Assembly: GCA_951406725.2 (NCBI GenBank)
Contig: OX597819.1
Span: 113,894,001-113,958,000, forward strand
Length of the DNA: 64,000 nt
Direction: 5' to 3'
Origin: Octopus vulgaris
Taxonomy: Eukaryota
Part shown: piece after piece, positions 13,401 through 25,800 of the stretch
Numbering within the stretch: position 1 is the first letter of the stretch
Layout of the letters: each line of letters opens with the position of its first letter
Made by a program: the position numbers and the translations under genes
Notes under the pieces: generated by a model
What the model was told of the DNA's origin: nothing
Database searches by the model: none
Seen by the model: the letters and a program-made list of their open reading frames with translations, nothing else

Positions 13401-16400
13401 CTTTATTTTTCTGCACTTCCTCAGATAACCACGATTGGTCGATATGGAGGCAGTGCAACAAGATCAAAGATTCCTGTTGGTTCTTTCTATGGACACAGCT
13501 TCATCTTTCCATGGGAGTGGAACAGTTATCTTGAACACCATGGCGGAGTGTCTGGCAGCAATCAGGCATCCTCATCAACAGCAACCCCTTCCTCAGGACA
13601 GGAGCATCAACAGCAGCAGCAGATGATACTCTCACAGCTTGGCTTGTTTCTTTCGTTGCTCGAAGACATCCAGTGTCGTTACAGTTTGACAAAAACTCAG
13701 CTTGATACATTGCTAACCTCTCTACTTGCATCCCAGTCAGCAAGTGACCATGTCCAGTGCTATCTGCAAAAGAATCCCAAGAAAAATGTCGATGACAAAA
13801 TCACTTGCATCTATAATGATTGCTTGCAACTACAACTACAGCTGAATCTATGCCACCATGCTATCGACAGACTGCAGCGTGGTCTTGGCCTCTCTGTTAT
13901 TAAAAAGGGTAACCTTTAGATTTAATTTTTATCAATTTTTTTGACCTAGGGATTTATTGGGGAATGTTGTGTTTGACTGAATTGATTCCATGGTGCAATA
14001 GGTAAAATAAACGTCTTGTATTTAATTTCAACATAGAATAGATGGGCTGTTACATATCATCTGTTATATATAACCTACAGCCAGAACGAGGGCCACTGTT
14101 CAGAGGTAACATTGATGATTAGGGACTCTGGTCCAATGCTAACTTCCTGTTGCTGTTTTATAGGATGGCTTGAATATAGTAATGAAGGCTAACAAAATGC
14201 TAATTATACAGTGTTCTTTTTCCTCCTTACAACAGAGCTATTTTAATATGTGGTAATTAATTACAAATAAGTGAACTGAACCAGTTCATATTAGATATCT
14301 TGAGTTTGGACCTGGTTCCAATTGACACTGGCCTGTATTTTGATACTCCATAGATTCAGTCAGCCCTTATTTTAACACTTATGTTACAAATGAACTTGAG
14401 AAATGTATGAACACTTGAAATTGTTAAATTGTGACTTGTTGTGTTTTGTTTTTCCTTGTAGATTCTGAGTGTACAGATTTGAATGAACAGTTAAAGAAAG
14501 CATCGACCGATAAGCTTCGCTTCCTTCTGGAATGTCTGTTAGAGACACTAATTAGCACGACAAATGGATCCTCTGCTGCCCCGCAACTCTCTGTTTCTCT
14601 TCTGACCAGTCTCAGCCCACCAACCTGTGAAGCACTGTTCCGACACATGTGTATCTCTGGTACCAAACGTATCCAAATCTTGACTGGGATGCTGTTGGTC
14701 CGTGTCTGTGGTACCCAGCCATGGTGGGGCAAATTCTTGGGCAACATTTTACAGAGATTCTTTCATTCTGAATATAAACAAGTTTTTCCTCAGGATCGGT
14801 ATGTATTAAATAAATTCTTTTTCTTTCTTCTCGCAACAAAGATAATTTGTTTGTTGAGTAGGTGGAGGGGTATAACATTAGCTTGCCAGTTTTTTGCTTG
14901 TTTGATTACTTTAAAATCTGCTCATCTGCTACCTCAGAGACTATTCAAGTTACGAAGTGCAGTTTTTCTTTTATCAATGATTAACAAAATTCATTTCTTT
15001 GTCTTGCTCAAAATCCCTTTTTAATAAGTTATTTGGATATTAAGTTATGCATGTCATTTGCTGGACAAACTATGGTTGGAAAACCTTGAAGGTTACCAAC
15101 GCAATTTCACTTGGTAGATTTTAATAATGATATAAAATAGATTCAATTATGGATCATGTGCATCATCATAATTTTATGTGTGTTTTACCACACTTAATTT
15201 TATTAACTTTTCAATTAATATTGCTTTACTTTTTTTTTTTTTCTGATTACGTCATTGAATAACAAGGAGGGCACTAATGAATACAAGATTTTTTTTATTA
15301 GAGTATAATAGATTATAATTTTGTTGGAGACTTTGAAGGTGAACTGTACACTCTTGGAATGGTTGTTGTTAGGAAGGGCATCCATCTGTAGAAACCATGC
15401 CAAATCAGTCTGGAGTCTGGTGCAACCTTTCAGTTTGCCAGCCCTGGTCAAACCATCCAACCCATGCCAGCATGGACAACGGATGCTAAATGATGATGAT
15501 CATCATAATTATATCCAATCATATTCATTTCATGTCCTACCAACATGAACTTTACCTTTCATTTTTTTGGGGGAGTTGATTAAATAAGTACATGGGTCAA
15601 TTTAATCCAGTCTCCTCTCTCAAAGAGTGGTTTGTCCCTCCTGTATTAGAAATGATGAATATCATTATTATTTGCGAAGGCAGTGAGTGGCAGAATTGGT
15701 GCCAAACAAAATGTTTTGTGGGATTTAGTTACACACCTTTCTGTTTTGTGTTTAAACCCTGCCAAATTCATTTTTGCCTCTCATACTTCCAGCACTGGCT
15801 TGCTATAATTGATTGTACCCTTTCTCCAAATTTTTTTTGTGTCTGTTAGAAATAATGTCTGCTTGTCTTTTACCTTTTTTTGTGCCAATGTGAAACATCT
15901 TACTTTCTTTTTTCAGGGTGTTTGTTTTGTTAACAGCTCTTGGTCAGAAGTCTTTAATGGGCCCCATGGCTGTGAATATTTTAGAGAGTCTTCTTGGAAT
16001 GCTTGTTCATGCTGTGGCACCATTGATGCCAAATCCTATGGGTGTCACCAGAATGCCAACAGGTTAGTTCCTTAAACTTTTTATTTCATTTTATCACAAG
16101 CTTTGTTAAATTTTCAAGGAAGACTTCACATTAAAATGACTGTTTTTTGTTGCTCCAAACAAGGTTCTACGACATGGTGTAATCACTTCCATCTTTTTGC
16201 AACAAATATTTAGTTTTTAAACTAGGTGTGGTGAAGGTCTAGTCGCAGCTAGTCCTACTATAAGAAATGGATGTTTATGATTTAGTTACTGATTAAATGC
16301 TTTTCATTTCAAATTGACTTTCTGGAGTCAGACCGTCTGGAATAGTGGTTTGCATTTTGTTGCCAATTATTTTTATTGCTTTCTTCAAAAATTTTCCCTG

Positions 16401-19272
16401 ACCAATGACATGTCATAATTAAATTTCTAGACTATTAAATTCATCCTTTATTTGTGTATGTTTAATGCTGGTTTAATCTATCCAATCCTCAGTTGTCTTC
16501 TAGTGTCCTAATGCATAAATCCATTTCCTTTGTCTTGGTTTACCTTAGAATACATATTTTTGTTGAAGTATTTCAATATATAATGTAGGAAATTTAAATG
16601 ATTATTGTAATAACTTACACTATATTCCCTTTTTTGCCCATTCCTTTTTTCCAGTGAGCCCTCTGCTCGTGTATTTTCAGCAGATATTAACATAAATCCT
16701 ATTGATCAAACTAGTTTCCAGAGGGCTTGCAAAAATAATATGTATTGACCTTTTCCCTGATGATATCTTAAATATAATGAAGCCTTTTGACTTTTAATTC
16801 CTGTTTTGTTTCTCATCATTATCATTGTTTAACATCTACTCTCCATGCTGGCATTGGTTAGACGGTTTGACATGGAGCTGGTGTAAAATAATTCTTCTAT
16901 AGCTCTGAAATGTATCTCTGAAACACATCAAGGTGTTTACATAGAGATGTAAATTACTTCTTAATTCACCTGTCAACTTAATGTTAAGGTTTCTTCATCT
17001 CTAATGTCTGTTGTCAGGCATAGGTTGCACACATCTGCAATATGGCATTTCTCAGTCCTGTGTCATCTCACTCTCTCCGTCTTATCTCTCATTTGGAAGA
17101 TTCAACACCTAACTTTGTCTTCATGGGGCTTCCTCTCCAACAGTTACCTTCCATGTCAGTACAAATATTTTCACCACTACCTATATGCAATACTTCCATA
17201 CTAGTATCATTATCTTCTTGGTATTCAGAGTTTCAGCTCCAATGGATTTTACTAAACTCTTTCCTCCTCATCCTCCAAAAATCTTCAACATTCAGTCCCT
17301 GTGTCCTATTACTGTCCATCATTACATTTATCATATGACCAGTTATCATTCCCATCTGCATCAATTACCACCATCACTACCTTCAGGCAAGGACTGTACC
17401 TAATTACCAAAGTTGTTCTCTTGTAGGCAGCGTTGATTTGACTCTCGTTGGATGGATCCTGTTGTTTCTCTGTCGCAACCTCGACCACACGATGCAGAAT
17501 GGTGGCAATGGAGATGATGACAAAAATGCTCGCAAAGATAAGGACAATGGTAGGTAATCTGTTGCTATTGTGATAACTGCAATACTGAGCACAATAACTA
17601 AATTTAATGTCTGGCTCTCTCTGGATGTGCATATTTGAATTGTTTGTTCAGTTTTGTTTAAAAAATTGCCAAGTTTTTATTGTTAAATGTTGAGTGTAAT
17701 AATCATTGTGAGAATAAGTTTGAGATGGTGAAACAGTGCCAAACACTTTTTTCAGTTACTAAATCATCTTTTAAGAAAGGAATAGATGTTGACATTGCAT
17801 TTTGAATTAATTATGGTTCATAATTCTTCATGCCTATATATTTCCTATTTGGTTCCACAAGCAAGTTTAAATTTGCTGAAACACACAAACCCTGTTAATT
17901 GTATCACTTTAGTAGTGAGTGAATAATTGACCTTCCAGCTGCAAAGTGTTTGATATCTTGTCTCCAGCAATCTACCATATATTGTGAAGTGGCATTTAAC
18001 TTTCTTAGCTCTCAGTGAGAACTACAGTTGATCTAGCTGGCTGTTATAATCGGGAGCAGCACTGAATACTTAACACATTTCATTAGCTGGTAGTACTGTG
18101 ATCAAATCCTTCCTAATGTCAAGAAAAAGCTTCTAAAATCCTTCTGGGGAGTGAATGCTTGCTGTGTTGCTGGAACATATTTCTCTAAAATACATTGTGT
18201 TTAGTTTGAAGAACAACAGTTATTTAGATATAAAGTTATTAATTCCAAGTAATTCACATGTAATTGGAATCACTGTAATCCACTGTTGAAGACTTTAGCT
18301 TCAGGCAGTGTCTTAGGGTGAGTCAATTACAGGGCAATGCAATACTTAACAATTATACAGTGCTCATGATGTGTATAATGAATCACTTTCACGTACTGTA
18401 CATGTTAACAACTAGATGAACTGGTCATATTTTAGTTTGTAGAATTGACTTACTCATGAATTCATCTGTAAATAAAATATTCAAATTTTTTTAAAATCAT
18501 TTTGTGTGTATCGCATATAGGACACCTTTGATAAAATTAGTGAAAAGCTATTAAAAGAAGCATCACATTTCACCATCACTCTGTATTTATGTTGAGCAGG
18601 TACTTACCTTCCAAATCGCTGGAGTTTTCTGCAAGGAGACATGTCTGGTCAGCCAAACAAAAGCAAAGTGAAACAATCAATGAAGTCTTATCGGAGATGT
18701 CTGCAGAAAAGAATATTCCATCACAAACAAAAACTTCAGGATTTGGAGCAGGCAAAAAAGAAGTTTCTAGCGTCACAGGCAGAGAAATATTCCCAGAGTC
18801 TCAGCTCAGAAGCTCAGGCCCTCTTTAAACAACATGAGCAGCAATTTAAAAAGATATCCCAGTATGCATCAAAGGTGTGTATTTGCTATCTTCCATTATA
18901 TTTTCCTGTGAAATTTCTTTGTTTTTATATTACAAGGAATGCATTTAATGTTTAGCCTTTATAATATCAGTGGTGTACCATTGGTGATGTTGATAATTTA
19001 CATAACAGGAATATATATTGAGCATTTTACACCAGTAAAATGCTAAATATATATTCTTGTTATGCAAATTGTCACCTGATGAGGTAATTAAGATTATGTT
19101 TAAACAAGCAATTATGTAATGCTAGCTGTTATTTGCTGAAACATTCGGGTTTTATAAAACACAAAATATCATATGTTGTGAGGCATGAACATTTGATCAC
19201 TACAAACAAATCATTTGTGCAGGTCATTTGGCAAAAATCTGAACACTCGTATGCTGTCTTCAATGGGAGAAT

Positions 19273-19313
<41 letters not shown>

Positions 19314-19790
19314 ATAAATATTAGGGAATGAATCCAAAATTACAGGGAAAAATCAGATTTATGGTTAAATCCAATTTTATAGTAAAATATTATATAATAT
19401 AATTCGAGACAAAACCACTATTTTAAAACCAAACAAGGAAAGACTTAATCAATACATAAAATTTTAATATAAATTAAATAAACCGCCACTACAAATGTTT
19501 CATGTCTGCTACCGACAATCTTCAGGTGGATTTTCGATCTTCTAATCAGTATCAAATTTTGATACTGATTAGAAGATCGAAAATCCACCTGAAGATTGTC
19601 GGTAGCAGACATGAAACATTTGTAGTGGCGGTTTATTTAATTTATATTAAAATTTTATGTATTGATTAAGTCTTTCCTTGTTTGGTTTTAAAATAGTGGT
19701 TTTGTCTCGAATTATATTATATATAATAGCACCAGGTGGTGCTATTAAGTTAGACATGGCCTGGGCCAATAATGGCCGAAACCTATCAAA

Positions 19791-19838
<48 letters not shown>

Positions 19839-22800
19839 ATGATATAATATCATTTGTCTATAGTTTTCTATGCTGATACGACTTGGTTGGCTTTTCTGAG
19901 ACAGTGTTTAAGCCCTTCCTGTCACCTGTTACAATTTGCAGGGATGAAGTGTGCCCGTTCTAAAACTGACAAATGCACAGTTGGTGTATGTGTGTGTATA
20001 ATTAGTTTTATGCTAACTTTTCCATGCTGCTTTGATGGAACTAATACAAATGGAACTTCTTGCGTGAGTTAGTTGAGCTTTTCCTGCTATCAAAAGCAAT
20101 AAGGCCAAGTATTTTATGAGTGTGAAAGAAGCATATTATTCCATCTGCTTCAGCAAAACTGTTATAACTGATAGTTGCTACCTATGCAAATAAGCAAGAA
20201 TAATTTTGAAATCTATTTCTTTGGTACCATCAGCTTCATACACTCTAAACCCAAAACTTACCGATACTAAATTACTAGCGAACTAAGTGTTCACTGGTAA
20301 CCAATTTTAAATTTTCTACCACTAAAATATTCTGTGTCAGTACAAGTACTTTTGGAGGTTTTGTATTTCAAAGAGTTTAATAGACTTTAAATAATTGTTT
20401 CACTAAATCTAGGACATTAGTATTTTAATAAATTTGTACTATCATGATAGTATTTGGCAAATGGTTTAGAGGATTAAGTTAAATATCAAGTCAGAATTTT
20501 TCAACATGCATAAAAGCAAAGATTTCCCAAGCATTATTTTGGTTTCATTGATATGAATGAAATGGCTGATGTAGTTTTAAAACGGTTTTGTATTTGAGTC
20601 AACCGTGTATGCTTGATTGAAATAAAGTTTACTGCAACTGTTGATTTAACAATACCACACTCTGGTTACATATTTCAACACTATCTTACAGATTCGCAAA
20701 ACTGATGGGGAACATTTCCGGAAAATGGTGAAAGATGACAGCTGCCTTGGCATTGTGAAAGATGCAAATGATGTAGATGCTGACTCCAGTCTAATATTGC
20801 CTCGTGAGAGGTGTCTTCCCGTGGTGCGAGGTCTTGTCACTCTAATCCTCAGTATGGATTCTACATGCAGTGTTGACCTCTTTCTTGTGGCCAGCAAGGT
20901 AAAAGATTCTCTTATATTTTCACAATTACATTGTTTTCTCTCTCTCTTCCATATTACATTCCTTTATATCTGTACAACAGATTCTCATCATAACTGGAAC
21001 ATAAAACTGGAAGATTTACTCTTTCTACTTTAGTTGCTCATTCGTCCAAGTTCAAATGCCACCAAGATTTAAAATTTTACATAATATTCATTTTTTACTG
21101 TTATGTAAGCTGTTGTTAATGAAACAGTTCTTCCAGCTCTTGACATTCTGAGTTGAAATTCTACCAAGGTCAACTCTGCCTTTCATCTTTTTGGGGTTAA
21201 TAAAATAAGTACCAGTTGAGCACTGGTATCAATGTAATTGGCTTCCTTCTTTTCTCAAATTTGCTCCCTCTTGCCAAAATTAGGAAGAATTGTTAATTAT
21301 CCCTCAGATTGATACAAATTTACAAATATTCATATATTCTTGAATGAACTGTAATAGGTGACTGATACTTTACGGCCTCTGCATTTTAAACTCTGAATGT
21401 AGGCCCACTCTAAATACTGAAAGGTACTAAGTCAACTACTCTTCTGTTTCTGCCACTTTACCACTTTGATTGTTGCTTATACCATCAACTACAATGTAGC
21501 AATGTGGAACTTAGCTAGATGCTGTTATTGATAGTTGAATAGAAATGGCAGTCTGGCGTATGGGACTAAGCCAGATGCTGTGATGTGGTAGTTCAGTGGA
21601 TGCTTTAATTTGGTCTCAATACTTGGAAATTCCAACCTTAGTGCAGTCAACTCTACCCTTCTTATTGCTCTGAGGTTGGTAAAATAAGGCCATTAAGATA
21701 TTGGTAGTGGTGGGTATTAATAAAACAAATAAGCCCCTCATTTCTGAAAATGAAAAACCATTGTTAAATGCTGTGGGTGAGTGATTTAAACTTAGGCTTA
21801 TGAAAAATTGATGTCATAATTTTCTATTAACCATAGTTTGGAAAACCTGCCTTCCCTTTCTGAGATCAATGATTGTCTTGTTTAGATTTTAAAAAATACC
21901 TACAAAACATACAAGAACTCTTTACCCCCCCCCCCTCTCTGAATGAAGACACCAGAAAAGCTGTCAATAAACAACAAAATAAAGTAGATAATGAGAATTG
22001 AAATTTTTCTTTCTTTATGAATCGTGCCCCATTTTGTCATTTTTATCCTAATACTGATGTTGCCTTTCTTCTAATACTATTCAGGTTTTAGCACGAATTT
22101 GCTTGGCAACAAGACCAGCCATTTGTTTGTCAGAGGCCATGACCCAAGACCAACTTCAGCAGTTAATCCTTTTGGCAGCTAACCAAGATTTCAACCATGG
22201 CACCGTTGCTTGGGGAGGCCCCTGGGCTGGGCATGCAATTACTTGTCTTTTACAAGACATCTTAGATGGTAAGTACCTAGTTTGTTTTATTTATTAGCTT
22301 CTTTTTTTTTATAGCATTTTGTACATAGTAATGTTATTGGTTACAGGTTTCTGATGTGAGAATAAAAGAATGTAGGTGTAAATATCCCAAGATACTTCAT
22401 TCAAAGCACTGATTTATTGGTTTTCTCACCCTCTTCTCTTTCTCTTCCTTTCTAATTCTCTGTTCATCTTCCTCTCTCTTATCATACTGTCTTCTGTTAC
22501 ACCTCTCTCTCTCCTCTTTCTCTCCATGTTTGTCAGTGTAATGACATTGTTGTTCACATCTTTTGTTGCCAAAATATAGCAGATTTCTGCACAATTTACA
22601 TCTTCCAAATTCCACTTGTAAGGCTGTATTCACTTCAAAACCTTAGAAAAAGTTACTTGCCCAAAGTACTGCACTGTGGGAGTGAACTGGTAACCATAGG
22701 GTTGTGAAGTAAAAATCTTAGACAGCCATGTTTGTATCCCTGTTTACTCATTTACTGTTGTTTTCTGTCTTCCCAGGTGAACGACTCTATCCTGCTAGCA

Positions 22801-25800
22801 GCCCGTTGGAGGGAGTCACAGATGATGACATATCAGCTGCTGTGAATGACAAATTGGATTCCTTGTCTGGAAGCCTTCCTATACCTTCATTAGATGCTAT
22901 GGCAGTTGAAGCCATTGATGCCACTGGTTTGTACTTTTCATCTTTTTATTCCATTATCACTTGGTATAATTCAGTCTATTTGCTAGTTTACTCCAAGATA
23001 TTTATGTATCTAGTAAATGTAAGGTAGCTATTGTCACTGTTTAGATGTCATTCTGTCCAAAGTGCATAATTAGGATCATCAGTTCAACTCTGAGCATATT
23101 TATAATACAGCACTTCTCTTTCAGCTTTGAATCCTTTCTTTTATGATGTCTGGTTTTCTAAGTTCTAATCTAACTAGCTCAGATTAAAATCTTTTTTACT
23201 CTCCCTATGACTTGTTACCATGTATTACCTTCCTTTCGAGTGGGCCACATGGGGGTGAAATGGCGGAGTTCCTTCCAAGCGTTGGGCCTCATGAAGGCAA
23301 AGTGGCCAAGTTCCTTTCAAGTGTTGGGGTTCACAGAGGCAGTGATCAAGGCCTTTGGCATCATGTCGTGCTTGAGAAGAAGACCCATCAAACAAAGCAA
23401 AATTGCAGTCATGGCAGATACCAGTGTCATACAAACTGGCACCTGTGCCAGTGGTACATAAACCCACCCATTACACTCTCGGAGTAGTTGGTGTTAGGAA
23501 GGGCATCCAGCCATAGAAAACCATGCCAAATCAGACTGGAGCCTGGCACAGCATGCCAGCCTAGTCAAACCATCCAACCCATGCCAGCATGGACAACAGA
23601 CGTTAAATGATGATGATACCATTTTATAAAAATACAGTTTAATAAAGATGATTTGACCCATTTGCTACCATATTTCTGTTGAAATATACAGCTTTTGTTT
23701 TAATTAATTTTGAAAATAATGAAGAATATAGTAAAATAACTTTGCCATTATTAATCTGGTGTTTGGAACAGAAATTAACATGAAATTTTGAAGGAAGCTT
23801 TTAACGTAGATCACTGTAAAGAGAAAGTTTGTATTATAGACTCAAGTGTAATTTCGGGTGGGTTGGCATCAAAAGGGTTTTAAATTAAGATCTAAGATAC
23901 ACTATTGCTAGACACACATCACACTTACCTCTTTCACAGACACAGAAGCTGCTAGATTTTGGGCTCATTCAGTAGTTGAAAAATAATTTGTCAGTCATAA
24001 AAACCTTCCCACATATGGCAACAGGTAAACGTTTTAAAACAATTTGTATGATAAAAGCACACTTTGTTAATCTCCCAAGCTTCCTGAATCCAGCATTAAG
24101 ACAGTCATTAAACAAGTCCCAGTTGAGATCATATAATTTTCTAACATAGGCACAAGGCCCGGAATTTGTGGTGAGAGAAACAATTTCCATTACCACCAGT
24201 ATTCAGCTAGTGCCTTATTTTATTGACCCTAGGGGGATGGAATTAATGTCTGTATGAAATTTAAAACTAGTCTGTTTGAAACCAAAGGACATATTTTACA
24301 ATGGCATGAAGAAATTTTTCAATAAAAATCTTACCGTGACATATTTTCTCTTGTATATTAACACATCAACTTAGTTGTTTGCTGATTGACTTTATCATTC
24401 AACATTTATTCTGAAATAATCTGTTGAGGAAATCTGAGAATACTGTCCGTCAAGGTTTTCTCACAGGTTCTGCTTATTCTATTTAGCTTTGGTTTTCTTT
24501 TAAACCAATACTGGAATTTGTTAGCCTTATATGTTTTATTTATGAAAATTTGCTTTTTTTAAAAGAATCTATTAAATTGATATTTTGGTATTCAATCTCA
24601 AACTGTAGACTCTGAACTTGGTCAATCAAAAGAATCAACATCAAAGACTAACTTGGATTTCTTACTGGAAGAAAATGAATATGATGATGATGCTGCTGCT
24701 AAATTTCAGGAGTTCATGGTAGGAGTTCAATCTAAGCCACCCCCTGGACTGGATTGTGATGAGGGCTCTATCCAGTCTGTCCAGTCAGCAGATGGCAACA
24801 ATACTCCAGATGCACTAGCTTCGTAAGTTTTTGATTTTTCTCACCTAAAACAATCAGTTCAGGAACTAAATAAAGCTGGATTTTTTTTCTATTGGAAAAT
24901 GTTCACATTTCACTATAAACATGTCATGTGCTAATTGGAAGGTTTTCATAAACTTCAATCTTTAAAGTGCTATTAGTTTTATAGTTCCCAATGTATCACT
25001 GGAATAGATCAGGCTTTGCGAATATCAGGATATTCTCTAATATGTCTGTTCTTTTAGATTTTCCACTTTTCTGCATGTTAAAAATGTTTTGTTTTTTCAT
25101 TACTACCTTTCTACTTGTTTCATCAGAGTTTTGCTAAAACTGTAGTGGTATTGGTTTATTGTATTACAGTCATCAAATTACATGCACCAACTAATGTGTA
25201 TTCAGGTTTTCAAGTGAGGCTGCTTAAAGAAAAAAAGCACAGGATTGTAATATTAAATTCCTACACTTTTGGGGGACATGGCATCTGTGAACTTGAAGAA
25301 TGAAAGAAAAAACTATGTTAAGATTATTGTTATTATATACAAATATTACGTTATATACTGAACAAGACAGCCAATTACATCTTCCTATCTTAAGTATTTT
25401 TTAAGATTCAGGAGGCTGAAGAGTCTTGCTCTTAGATACTTACCAGTTGATTCAATTGTCATATCAGATGTTAAATCTTATATTGACAGTGTTTATTACC
25501 CGGATGAAAAGAAACAGAAAATGAAACAATGTAAATCCAAATTTGACTATGGAAAATCTCTCCTTGGGCCTCAAGGATTATCAGCAGCTGTGGATTTCCG
25601 CTTGGAACTTGGCTTACAACTTCAAGCTGAGCTTGGCTTGCGAGTAAGTGCCTTTTTTAAAATTTTTTTTAATGGTGATTCATTTGTATAAATTTCTACT
25701 GAGATTTCGAAATGTTTCATTCTGCAATTGTCACTACCATCTTCTGTAGGTCACAAGTGACTCTTGTTTAGGTTCAGGTTAGACCTGACTCAGCAGGCAT

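Larger units (their letters stand above)
19391..19723. repeat. Perfect inverted repeat, 166-bp arms, 1-nt spacer at 19557
   Basis: 19391-19556 is the reverse complement of 19558-19723; flanked by (TA)n at about 19278-19310 and 19792-19834. Confidence 0.95.

Noticed and set aside
17550-17559. Alternative donor gtaatc 4 nt downstream of the exon 14 end
   Set aside because: It would give phase 2 and frameshift against exon 15 (phase 1)
18854-18860. ATATCCC as a possible AT-AC donor in exon 15
   Set aside because: Imperfect consensus, it would remove plausible coding residues, and a normal GT donor at 18875 fits the phase
19076-19115. CTGATGAG followed by a weak hairpin (hammerhead-like)
   Set aside because: No GAAA at the right position and no stem I/III pairing; likely chance or too decayed to call
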